A stretch of 35,764 nt of DNA from an uncultured Gammaproteobacteria bacterium (GCA_964628705.1 CAZVLW010000001.1:3298-39061), one strand, 5' to 3'; shown: positions 25,935-34,297, counted from the stretch's first letter. Notes: a model not told the origin generated them from the letters alone. Made by a program: numbers and translations.

Positions 25935-27404
25935 ATGACATTAGATAGAATACTGGAGGTTATTCACCACAATCACCCCCAAGCTGATACCACCATGGTT
26001 GAGCTGGCTTTTGAGCTGGCTGATAAGGCGCACAAGGGACAAAAAAGATTGAGTGGTGAAGATTACATCCAGCATTCGCTTGAAACAGCTTATGAGTTAG
26101 CACAAATGGATATAGATATTCCTACTGTGATTGCCGGTTTGTTACATGATGTTCCAGAAGATACCTATATCAGCCTGGAGGAAATTGAAAAAGATTTTGG
26201 TAAAGAGGTGGCTGGTTTAGTTGAAGGTATTACTAAACTGGGAACTATTAAATATCGGGGATTGGAAAGATACGCGGAAAACCTAAGAAAGATGTTTGTA
26301 GCTATGGCTGAGGATGTGCGGGTGATTTTTATTAAATTTGCTGATCGTATACACAATTTAAAAACTCTTTACGCACTGCGTCCAGTAAAACAACAACGGA
26401 TTGCCAAGGAAAGCTTAGAGATTTACGCCCCCATTGCCAATCGGCTTGGTATGAGCGAATTACAGGGAGAAATGGAAGATTTGGCTTTCCCTTATGTTTA
26501 TCCTGAAGAACATAAATGGGTAGAAAAAATTTCAAAGAAAAAATTTGAAACACGAAAACGGGATACTAACAAAATGATTAGGCGCGTTAAACAAGAACTT
26601 AGCAAAAATGATATCAAACCAATTAATATTTATGGCAGAGCCAAAAGATATTATTCACTGTATAAGAAACTGTTGCGTAAAGATATGGATATTGACCGTA
26701 TTTATGATATTGTAGCTTTACGTATCATTCTTAAAAATATAGATGAATGTTACCGTACACTTGGCTTAATTCATTCTTTCTGCAAACCAATGAAAGGTAG
26801 AATTAAAGATTATATTTCACAACCCAAACCCAATGGCTACCGCTCACTGCACACTACTGTTTATGCTGACAATAAAATTGTAGAATTCCAAATCAGAACT
26901 GAGGAAATGGAAGAAGAGGCAGAGTGGGGTATTGCAGCCCATTGGTCCTTTAAAGAAAGCTCTACTGGAAGCAAAACAAAGATCCCAGTAGATAAAGAAA
27001 AATTGAAATGGATCAGAACCTTAATTGACGAAGGCAGTCATAATTACCACCCAGAAGAGTATATTGATAAAATAAAAACGGATTTCTTTAAAAATAGGAT
27101 TTTTGTGTTTACCCCCAAGGGGGATGTAATTGATCTACCCGAAGGAGCTGTGCCAATTGATTTTGCTTATCATATCCATACTTTTATTGGCAATCATGCG
27201 GCTGGTGCCAAAATTAACGGCCACATTGCAAATTTAGAAAAAGAGCTCAAAAGCGGAGATATGGTGGAGATTATTGTTGATAAAAAAAGAACCAAACCAT
27301 CCAGACAATGGCTGGATATTGTGCAAACAAATTTAGCCAGAGATAAAATAAAACAGTCACTCAAACAGACTGATATTGGCAGAATATTTAAGATATTTAG
27401 GTAA
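25935..27404 (+). CDS. rel: Short bifunctional RelA/SpoT homolog (HD hydrolase + synthetase + TGS, no C-terminal ACT/RRM region)
   Basis: The HD motif is LLHDVPEDT. The synthetase motifs are RIKDYISQPKPNGYRSLHTTV and EFQIRTEEM. The TGS motif is VFTPKGDVIDLPEGAVPIDFAYHIH. The protein ends about 60 aa after TGS. Confidence 0.88.
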   Translation: MTLDRILEVIHHNHPQADTTMVELAFELADKAHKGQKRLSGEDYIQHSLETAYELAQMDIDIPTVIAGLLHDVPEDTYISLEEIEKDFGKEVAGLVEGITKLGTIKYRGLERYAENLRKMFVAMAEDVRVIFIKFADRIHNLKTLYALRPVKQQRIAKESLEIYAPIANRLGMSELQGEMEDLAFPYVYPEEHKWVEKISKKKFETRKRDTNKMIRRVKQELSKNDIKPINIYGRAKRYYSLYKKLLRKDMDIDRIYDIVALRIILKNIDECYRTLGLIHSFCKPMKGRIKDYISQPKPNGYRSLHTTVYADNKIVEFQIRTEEMEEEAEWGIAAHWSFKESSTGSKTKIPVDKEKLKWIRTLIDEGSHNYHPEEYIDKIKTDFFKNRIFVFTPKGDVIDLPEGAVPIDFAYHIHTFIGNHAAGAKINGHIANLEKELKSGDMVEIIVDKKRTKPSRQWLDIVQTNLARDKIKQSLKQTDIGRIFKIFR

Positions 27405-27542
27405 AATAAACTCCTGCTTTACAATAGCAAGTATGGATTTTGGGTGGGTGTTTTTAGACCTTTATGTGTACCCTTTTTTATAATTGACACAACTCCATGT
27501 GTGAGGCCCCACTCACTCACCTTTGCGTGCCAGCGCTTTTTT

Positions 27543-28451
27543 TTATTTATTGATATTATCTATAATACCGCCGAGCTCTTCATTAGAATAAAACTCTATT
27601 TCAATCACCCCTCCGCTTTGTCCACGGCGTCGAATAGATACCCTGGTGCCTAATAATTGCTGTAGTTCTTTTTCCCAGTTTTCAATTTGGGGATCTTTTT
27701 TTACTTGACGAGTGTGGGATTTAACTTTAATTTTATCAACTTCCCGCTCAGTATCTTTAACAGTCATTTTAACTTCTTCTGCTTTACGGAATACTTTTTG
27801 CTGGGCTTTTTTATCTTTCAAACTAAGGATGGCTTTAGCTTGCCCTTCACTAATCTTCCCTTCAGTAATAGATTTCTGTACATCTGACGGGAGTTGGAGT
27901 AATCTCAATGTATTATTCAAGGTAGCTCGAGCTATGCTCAGTCGCTTGGCAGCTTCTTCTTGGGTTAAATGGAAATTATTTATGAGACTCTTATAGGCTC
28001 TGGCTCTTTCAATTGGATTTAAATCTTCACGCTGAATATTTTCTATTAAAGATAGCTCCAATTTTTCTAAATCCTTGACTGTTCTAACTATTACTGGAAC
28101 TTTTTTTAAATTTAGCTCACGCGCTGCCCGCAATCGCCTTTCTCCTGCCACTAACTCATATTTGCCCCCCATGGTTTGGGTAGCCACTAAGGGCTGTAAA
28201 ATACCGTGCTGACTGATAGAATTTTTTAATGCATCAAGCTTAAAATCACCAAATTTTTGGCGTGGCTGGTAAGGATTAAGTGTAATTTGGGCAGGTGAAG
28301 TGTAAATTATCTGATTTGCGCCAACTGCACTACTTTTAGGTAGGTAAGAGGCTGGTGAGATATTTTTTTTATTCATTCCCCTGTCCTTTTCGTCCTTGTT
28401 AGGGATAAGAGAACTCAATCCGCGACCTAATGGTTTTTGACTATTCTGCAT
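27543..28451 (-). CDS. parB: Chromosome partitioning protein ParB/Spo0J
   Basis: The ParB box is LVAGERRLRAARELNLKKVPVIV. The HTH is TQEEAAKRLSIARATLNNTLRLL. Confidence 0.93.
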   Translation of the reverse strand: MQNSQKPLGRGLSSLIPNKDEKDRGMNKKNISPASYLPKSSAVGANQIIYTSPAQITLNPYQPRQKFGDFKLDALKNSISQHGILQPLVATQTMGGKYELVAGERRLRAARELNLKKVPVIVRTVKDLEKLELSLIENIQREDLNPIERARAYKSLINNFHLTQEEAAKRLSIARATLNNTLRLLQLPSDVQKSITEGKISEGQAKAILSLKDKKAQQKVFRKAEEVKMTVKDTEREVDKIKVKSHTRQVKKDPQIENWEKELQQLLGTRVSIRRRGQSGGVIEIEFYSNEELGGIIDNINK

Positions 28452-28476
28452 AAAATCTTTTTAATTAATTAAAGTT

Positions 28477-29283
28477 TTAAATTTGATTGTGTAGATAATT
28501 ATTTTTGGTTTTAGTCAAGATATCTTCAAGTAAAATAATTTCGCGCGACAATTTTTCATAAGCTTTAGCGCCTTTTGATTTCTCGTCATAATGTAAGATA
28601 GAACGTCCATAAGATGGTGCTTCTGCTAAACGCACATTTCTAGGAATAACGGTTCTAAAAATACGATTAGGGAAATAACGATAAAGCTCATCAAAAACGC
28701 CTTGGGTTAATTTATGCTTGTCATCATACATAGTCATTAAAGCACCAAGTACTTTCAAGGTGGGTTTAATATTTTGCTGAACCAAATTAATAGTATTTAA
28801 TAATTGACTTAGCCCTTCTAAAGAATAATACTCGCACTGCACGGGGATAATAATTTCATCTGCCGCTACTAAACCATTGATAGTCAATATACCAAGTGAT
28901 GGAGGAGAGTCAATAATAATATAATCATACTGATTTTTAACTTCGTGCAAAATATTCAATAACTTAAACTCCCTATCTTCATCTGAAACCAGCTCAATAT
29001 TGGCCGCCGCTAAATTCTGGTTAGCTGGGGCTAAATGTAGAGTATCAATTAAAGTGCGTTCTATAATATCTACCAAAGCATGATGCCCGGACATTACTTC
29101 ATATAAACCACGGGGGATAGTGTTATAATCAATTCCTAAACCTGATGACGCATTAGCTTGGGGATCTAAATCAATCAACAAAACCGACTTACCGTGATGA
29201 GCTAAATAAGTTGCTAAATTGATAGCAGTGGTGGTTTTGCCCACCCCGCCTTTCTGATTGACAATGGAAATAATACGCGACAT
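28477..29283 (-). CDS. parA: Chromosome partitioning ATPase ParA/Soj
   Basis: The deviant Walker A is NQKGGVGKTTTAINLA. Located adjacent to parB. Confidence 0.93.
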   Translation of the reverse strand: MSRIISIVNQKGGVGKTTTAINLATYLAHHGKSVLLIDLDPQANASSGLGIDYNTIPRGLYEVMSGHHALVDIIERTLIDTLHLAPANQNLAAANIELVSDEDREFKLLNILHEVKNQYDYIIIDSPPSLGILTINGLVAADEIIIPVQCEYYSLEGLSQLLNTINLVQQNIKPTLKVLGALMTMYDDKHKLTQGVFDELYRYFPNRIFRTVIPRNVRLAEAPSYGRSILHYDEKSKGAKAYEKLSREIILLEDILTKTKNNYLHNQI

Positions 29284-29307
29284 TTATAAAAAATATAAAA
29301 TTAATAA

Positions 29308-30069
29308 CTAGCTGGCTAACCAGCCGCCATCAACATAGATAACTGAACCTGTAATATAACTTGACTCTTGTGACGCTAAAAAAACAACAGTATTGGCAAT
29401 TTCTTCCGGCTGGCCCATGCGCCCCAATGGAATTTTAGCCATAATACCTTGCATAGCTTCTTCATCCATGCCGGCCTCTTTAACCATATCTGTATCAATA
29501 GCGCCCGGGGCGATAGCATTAACCAAGACTCCATTGGGTGCCCATTCCACTGCTAAAGCTTCTGTTAACCCCAGTACGCCGCCCTTAGAGGCGGTATAGT
29601 GAGCTCCTCCAACCACGCCTACACCCACTTGGCCTGAGGCTACTGAGGCGATATTAATAATTCTACCCCAATTGTTTTTAGCCATTTCTTTAGCTGCGCG
29701 TTGAGCACATAAAAATTGACCACGCAGATTAATATCTATCATTTGGTTCCACTCCTCTTGGCTCAATTCGTCTGCTGGCTTAGGTTTAAAGATACCTGCA
29801 TTGTTAACTAAAATATCAAGCCGCCCATACCGCTCAATCACCTTGTTAAACCCCGCTTGAATAGATTTTTCATCAATTACGTCCAGCTCTATAGCCATAG
29901 CTTGTCCGCCTTGAGTATTAATTTCATCAGCCACAGCTTGGCAATCAGCTAAATCAATATCACTAACCGCTACTTTAGCGCCTTGGGCGGATAGAGCTAT
30001 GGCGTCAGAGCGGCCCATGCCGCGCCTGGCACCGGTAATTAAAGCTACTCGATTGGTTAAATCAAACAT
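29308..30069 (-). CDS. SDR-family oxidoreductase (FabG-like)
   Basis: TGARRGMG cofactor motif, NNAG, and catalytic YTASK. GC content is clearly above its neighbours. Confidence 0.88.
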   Translation of the reverse strand: MFDLTNRVALITGARRGMGRSDAIALSAQGAKVAVSDIDLADCQAVADEINTQGGQAMAIELDVIDEKSIQAGFNKVIERYGRLDILVNNAGIFKPKPADELSQEEWNQMIDINLRGQFLCAQRAAKEMAKNNWGRIINIASVASGQVGVGVVGGAHYTASKGGVLGLTEALAVEWAPNGVLVNAIAPGAIDTDMVKEAGMDEEAMQGIMAKIPLGRMGQPEEIANTVVFLASQESSYITGSVIYVDGGWLAS

Positions 30070-30135
30070 AAAATATGTATATTAATTTTTAAATTATATA
30101 TCTATTATATCATACCAAGAGTAGTATTAAAAATT

Positions 30136-30163
30136 AAAAAACCCATTTTAAAATGGGTTTTTT
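30136..30163. terminator. Bidirectional intrinsic terminator
   Basis: AAAAAACCCATTTT/AAAATGGGTTTTTT is a perfect palindrome, 8 nt after the lipoprotein stop. Confidence 0.7.
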
Positions 30164-30170
30164 AATTTTT

Positions 30171-30644
30171 TTATTTTTCGGCAGAAATGATAATTGTTTT
30201 TTCATATTTCTGCCTGATCCACACCTCTTCAAGGTCGAGTAAAAAGTCACCACCAAGGTTACGAATTAAAGCTTGAATGGCTTGGCTTAATTTATTATAA
30301 ACCACCACCGATACTTTAATCTCCCAACCATATTCATAGTGTACGCCGCGACGGGTTTCCGCATCACGTGAGGCTATCCAGCCATCGCTAAAAAGGACTA
30401 CTCCGGGCTCATTTTTTTTCTCAATATAAACTCCAGCGGCTTGATCGTTTGCGTTATATACATTAACCGCCGAACCACCCAATGCTTCAAAATCAAGCAC
30501 TACTTCAAAGTTGCCTATATATGGTAGTCGGGCATAACCATTTTTGGGCTCAACTTCATAAATAGTACTGGTAATATTCTCCTCGCAGGAGAATAAAAAC
30601 ATCACCGTAATAATACTTACTAAAACTAAATAAAATCTTTTCAT
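30171..30644 (-). CDS. Orphan lipoprotein, unknown function
   Basis: Signal peptide with lipobox (MFLFSC). A strong SD (AAGGAGG) lies 7 nt upstream. The gene has its own promoter and terminator. Confidence 0.7.
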   Translation of the reverse strand: MKRFYLVLVSIITVMFLFSCEENITSTIYEVEPKNGYARLPYIGNFEVVLDFEALGGSAVNVYNANDQAAGVYIEKKNEPGVVLFSDGWIASRDAETRRGVHYEYGWEIKVSVVVYNKLSQAIQALIRNLGGDFLLDLEEVWIRQKYEKTIIISAEK

Positions 30645-30691
30645 TTAAAGCCTCCTTTGTGAATGAATTTATTTAATACTATTGCCAAGCT

Positions 30692-30719
30692 ATGTTACAT
30701 GTTATATTCAGTTTGTCAA
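30692..30719 (-). promoter_or_regulatory. Candidate promoter TTGACA-16-TAACAT for the lipoprotein gene
   Basis: On the minus strand, TTGACA is the reverse complement of 30714-30719. TAACAT is the reverse complement of 30692-30697. Confidence 0.35.
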
Positions 30720-30791
30720 TTTATTATTAGATTTTCAATTATCCATTTAACTATAAAGATATTTTGTTTGACTATATTAATTTTTGATTTT

Positions 30792-31748
30792 TTAATTTTT
30801 TAATTGGTGCTCCCCAACTATCCTTTCAACTTCATCCAAATTTTTGGTTTGAACTATTTTCATTTTTAACTCTTTTACATTGGGATGGCCTTTTAGATAA
30901 GCTGCCATAGATTTGCGCAAAGCTATAAAAGGCTTGGAGTCACTAAAATACTTATTATATAGTCTGGCATGCTCTAACATAACTTGGAGTTTTATCTTAA
31001 GAGATAAATTTGATTTATCAATATGCGGATTGAAGAACCAAGGATTGCTGATAGCCGCCCTGCCTATCATAACACCGTCAATATTATATTTTTGGCATTT
31101 TAGTTCGGCGTCTTCAAGATTAAAAATATCCCCATTACCAATTACAAGGGTGGGGCTATTTTTTGCTAATTTTTTAATTTTATCCACCTCTTCCCAATGG
31201 GCGGGCACTTTTGACATTTCTCGGCGAGTGCGTAAATGCATAATAATAGCCGCAGGTGAAGTTTCTAATAAATTTTTAGTCCACTCAATGGTTTGGATTT
31301 TATTAAATCCCAAACGTGTTTTAACGCTAACCGGCAATTGTGGAGCACCTGCTTGAGTAGCTTGTATTATTTGCTGGGCAAGTTTGGGATGTTTGATTAA
31401 GGCTGCACCTGATCCTTGTTTGTTGATATTTTTATCAGGACAGCCCATATTTATATCAATCCCGTCAAAACCAAGCTTATCTAAAAGCTTGGCTGTTTTA
31501 TAATAATTTTCAGGATTAGCCCCAAAAATTTGTGCTACAATAGGATGCTCTTGCTCGCCAAACTCCAAATTAGGCATCAATCTTTCCCGCCCTTCAGACA
31601 TCAATCCATCAACAGAAGTAAATTCAGTCCAAATTACATCAGCTTTACCGTATTTAGCCACCAACTCCCGATAAGCTCTGTTGGTTATATCTTCCATGGG
31701 TGCTAAACATAAAATGGGTTTTTTAAATTTCTGCCAAAAATTATTCAT
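30792..31748 (-). CDS. dus: tRNA-dihydrouridine synthase
   Basis: LAPMEDITNRAYR, DINMGCP, VSVKTRLG, HLRTR and VMIGRAAISNPWFF are all Dus-family signatures. The start overlaps the upstream ORF by 8 nt. Confidence 0.9.
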   Translation of the reverse strand: MNNFWQKFKKPILCLAPMEDITNRAYRELVAKYGKADVIWTEFTSVDGLMSEGRERLMPNLEFGEQEHPIVAQIFGANPENYYKTAKLLDKLGFDGIDINMGCPDKNINKQGSGAALIKHPKLAQQIIQATQAGAPQLPVSVKTRLGFNKIQTIEWTKNLLETSPAAIIMHLRTRREMSKVPAHWEEVDKIKKLAKNSPTLVIGNGDIFNLEDAELKCQKYNIDGVMIGRAAISNPWFFNPHIDKSNLSLKIKLQVMLEHARLYNKYFSDSKPFIALRKSMAAYLKGHPNVKELKMKIVQTKNLDEVERIVGEHQLKN

Positions 31749-32229
31749 ACTTTATAATATTAATTTTACGTCTTAACCAAAACATACCTACCACTGGTAA
31801 AAGGATTGTGCTTAGCATAGCAAAAAATAACCACCAAGTCCAGCCGACTTGGGACGTAATTTTTATTTTAACTCCGGGAGAAGCGCCTAAATCACCAGCT
31901 TGTTTATTTTTAGCAAAGATTTTTAATTGATAATCATAATTGCCGGGCAATAATTTTTGGTATCTTAAATTAATTCTTTTTTGTGCCAAAGGTTCAAGAT
32001 AGAATGAATCTTGCCTGAGATGAATATTTTGAGTGTGTGGCTCTATTTTAAGCTGATATATAGCTGGCTGCTTACCAATGTTGGTAATTAAAATTTCTTG
32101 CTCAATGTTTTGTAAACTCTTAGCTTGGATAGTAATATGTGCGGGTGTGGCTTGAACACCTAAAGCCAAACAAGACATAGGGTGTAAAAAAACAATCACC
32201 AGTATAACTGTTTTTAATAATCTTTTCAT
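31741..32229 (-). CDS. Small secreted beta-rich protein with a C-terminal TM anchor (unknown family)
   Basis: N-terminal signal peptide and a ~100-aa beta-rich body. C-terminal WWLFFAMLSTILLPVVGMFWL helix followed by an RRK stop-transfer sequence. Confidence 0.65.
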   Translation of the reverse strand: MKRLLKTVILVIVFLHPMSCLALGVQATPAHITIQAKSLQNIEQEILITNIGKQPAIYQLKIEPHTQNIHLRQDSFYLEPLAQKRINLRYQKLLPGNYDYQLKIFAKNKQAGDLGASPGVKIKITSQVGWTWWLFFAMLSTILLPVVGMFWLRRKINIIKYE

Positions 32230-32258
32230 TTAAAATTGGTTAAATAAATATAATAATA

Positions 32259-34040
32259 TTATTTCTCTGCCCAAAAGATAAGATTGGCTGATTTTACACC
32301 ACTAACTAAATAACTGGTTGGCACTTGAAGCGAAAGAATATAATCTTGACTTTGCAGAGCTGGTAATTCATCGCCAAAAGAAGCCCATGGGTGAGTATTA
32401 ATAGTTAAGTTATTTTTAAACAAATCATCTCCATTTAAGGTGGCTGAAAGGGTAACCTGATTTGAACTTTGATTGCTTAACTCTATACTGGCTGTAGCTA
32501 TATCACCAGAAGATAGTTGACCAAAATTGATATGACTTTTGTTGACTAATAAAGCTATACTATCCCCCGCTACATCACCGTTTTGTGATATGATTACTTC
32601 GGCTTGCAGATTAATGGGTTCACTTGAGAGACTACCTATATGTAAGGTAACTTGATTGCTTCTGACATACCCCGGCATATCTAAATATGCGCGGTGAAGG
32701 CCGTTTTGATCAAAGCTTAATTGCAGCTGGCCCAAATTGTCAGTTGTCTTTAAATCTTCATCCAACATAATTTCAGCTTGGTTAAAATTCTGCCAACTCC
32801 CGTCTTGATAATATTCAGCGGTTAAAGTGACGGGTTGATTGATTTTTAGGGTTGTTTTATCTGCTCTAAGTCGAGTCGGCTGCCAACCCCATTCGCCAAA
32901 ATACCACAGCAATTTGTCATCTGAATTTAGAGAATAATCAGCCGCTCCAACTGAGGGTGAATTAAAATTGACAAAATACATCCAGCCAGTATTACCGCTT
33001 GCTGTATGATTTTTGATAGATGATAAATATGGGCCAAAATCAGTTTTTTCTATAGTATAATTATATCCGCACTCATTGGCTGCTTGTTCAATGGCAGACA
33101 GGGCTGTGTCTGCCTCTGATAGCTCAATCTCACAAATAGTTTGGCTTGGCCCCTCAATGCGTAAATGAATATCTAAATTGTGACTGTCTTCAAAATAGTC
33201 TAGCGGCAAAGTTTGACTACTTAAAGCCAAGGACGCGAAGCTACTCATGGCTTTATTATTGAAATTTGGGTCACTCTCGGGGTCTACCCACCAAAAGCCG
33301 CCATCTGCATCCTGTAGAGAGTTGATAAAATCTATCGGACTTTGGTTTTGACTCCAAGAGCTAAGATCATATTCGGCTTTATTTAAAGCTAAAACCACCC
33401 AAGCAGTAGAGCCGCTATCAGAGTCACCAGCTTGGCTAAATGGGAAACCTCCATCACTATTTTGAAGACTGGCTAAATAATCAAAAGCATTTTGAATGGC
33501 TTGGCTTTGCACAGATACCCCACTTTCCAAAAGTGCCATTATAGCGGCTGCCGTATCATTGCTATCACTTGCGCCGCCCACTTGATAACCCCAGCCTCCA
33601 TCATTATTTTGGTGACTTAAAATATAATCTTGAATATTGTGAAGCATTTGGGTATCATTTTGATTGGCTGAATGGAAGGCCAAGAGTGACCAAAAATCAT
33701 CGTTGATTAAGTCTTTTTCACCCATTTGTCCGTCTTGATAATAAGTTTTGAGTTTTTTAAGATAGTCAATATTACCAAAGGTATGGGGATTTTTGCCAGC
33801 CGCTACGGTTGCCAAGATAATTTTGGCATAATCGGTAGCCAGCTGTCCATTCACTGACTTGATGTGGTCTAAATCTAAATCATCTTCACCCAAAGCAAGT
33901 AGGGCTTGCGTGGTCCATGCGTCTTGAGGTTGTTTTTTAAGATAATCAACAGCTTGGTTAATATCTGCCTGAGAATAGAAGGGTAAACTCAGCATAAGCG
34001 CAAGGGCTAAAAAGAAAAAAAACTTTTTTATTTGAAACAT
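32259..34040 (-). CDS. Secreted transcobalamin-like protein: alpha/alpha-toroid (prenyltransferase-like) repeats + DUF4430-like domain + Ig-like C-terminus
   Basis: Signal peptide ending FYSQA. The toroid repeats read QNNDGGWGYQVGGASDSNDTAAAIMAL, QNSDGGFPFSQAGDSDSGSTAWVVLAL and QDADGGFWW. The DUF4430-like block reads HLRIEGPSQTICE...FGPYLSSI...GWMYFVNFNSPSVGAADYSLNSDDKLLWYFG. Confidence 0.7.
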   Translation of the reverse strand: MFQIKKFFFFLALALMLSLPFYSQADINQAVDYLKKQPQDAWTTQALLALGEDDLDLDHIKSVNGQLATDYAKIILATVAAGKNPHTFGNIDYLKKLKTYYQDGQMGEKDLINDDFWSLLAFHSANQNDTQMLHNIQDYILSHQNNDGGWGYQVGGASDSNDTAAAIMALLESGVSVQSQAIQNAFDYLASLQNSDGGFPFSQAGDSDSGSTAWVVLALNKAEYDLSSWSQNQSPIDFINSLQDADGGFWWVDPESDPNFNNKAMSSFASLALSSQTLPLDYFEDSHNLDIHLRIEGPSQTICEIELSEADTALSAIEQAANECGYNYTIEKTDFGPYLSSIKNHTASGNTGWMYFVNFNSPSVGAADYSLNSDDKLLWYFGEWGWQPTRLRADKTTLKINQPVTLTAEYYQDGSWQNFNQAEIMLDEDLKTTDNLGQLQLSFDQNGLHRAYLDMPGYVRSNQVTLHIGSLSSEPINLQAEVIISQNGDVAGDSIALLVNKSHINFGQLSSGDIATASIELSNQSSNQVTLSATLNGDDLFKNNLTINTHPWASFGDELPALQSQDYILSLQVPTSYLVSGVKSANLIFWAEK

Positions 34041-34065
34041 AAAAAAATCTCCCTTTTCGAGGGAG
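34041..34065 (-). terminator. Expression-platform hairpin: terminator plus SD sequestor abutting the start codon
   Basis: On the minus strand the sequence is CUCCCU-CGAAA-AGGGAG-AUUUUUUU-AUG. The 3' arm is the only SD-like sequence for the gene. Confidence 0.6.
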
Positions 34066-34155
34066 TGTGAGTGGATAATTTTTGCAATATACTACAAAAA
34101 CTAACCTTCACAAACTCTTTACCTCGAAGAGTTAACGAATAATTAAATTTTAATT

Positions 34156-34240
34156 GACGCGACCTGGCTTATCCCAAAATTGGGAATCACAGTTGCGGGA
34201 CAGCGGAGGAGTTGCCTATATTGGCGCACCTCGCTTCGGA
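34156..34240 (-). promoter_or_regulatory. Cobalamin-riboswitch-like aptamer (non-canonical, short)
   Basis: GCUGUCCCGCAACUGUGAU (reverse complement of 34186-34204) resembles the cobalamin core GC.GCCCCCGC.ACUGU. The hairpin UCCCAAUUUUGGGA follows. AAGCCAGG (reverse complement of 34163-34170) resembles the 5' half of the B12 box. The downstream gene is a DUF4430-type protein. Confidence 0.5.
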
Positions 34241-34268
34241 CAATTAAAACTTTTTGTAAAGTAAATTT

Positions 34269-34297
34269 ATATTAATTTAGATGATTAAAAATTGCAA
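34269..34297 (-). promoter_or_regulatory. Sigma70-type promoter TTGCAA-17-TAATAT for the riboswitch-led operon
   Basis: The -35 hexamer is at 34292-34297. The spacer is 17 nt. The -10 hexamer is the reverse complement of 34269-34274. Confidence 0.45.

Noticed and set aside
27480-27548. Terminators in the rel/parB convergent spacer
   Set aside because: A T8 run at 27541-27548 follows only a 3-bp GCG/CGC stem. The other candidate stems (GGGTG/TACCC with a 22-nt loop, GTGAG/CTCAC) are weak. This is not solid enough to annotate.
27405-29283. parS sites or a replication origin near parAB
   Set aside because: I found no TGTTNCACGTGAAACA-like 16-mer. The only CACGTG cores in the window (about 12862 and 30365) lack the flanking arms. 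No dnaA/dnaN and no DnaA-box cluster lie nearby.
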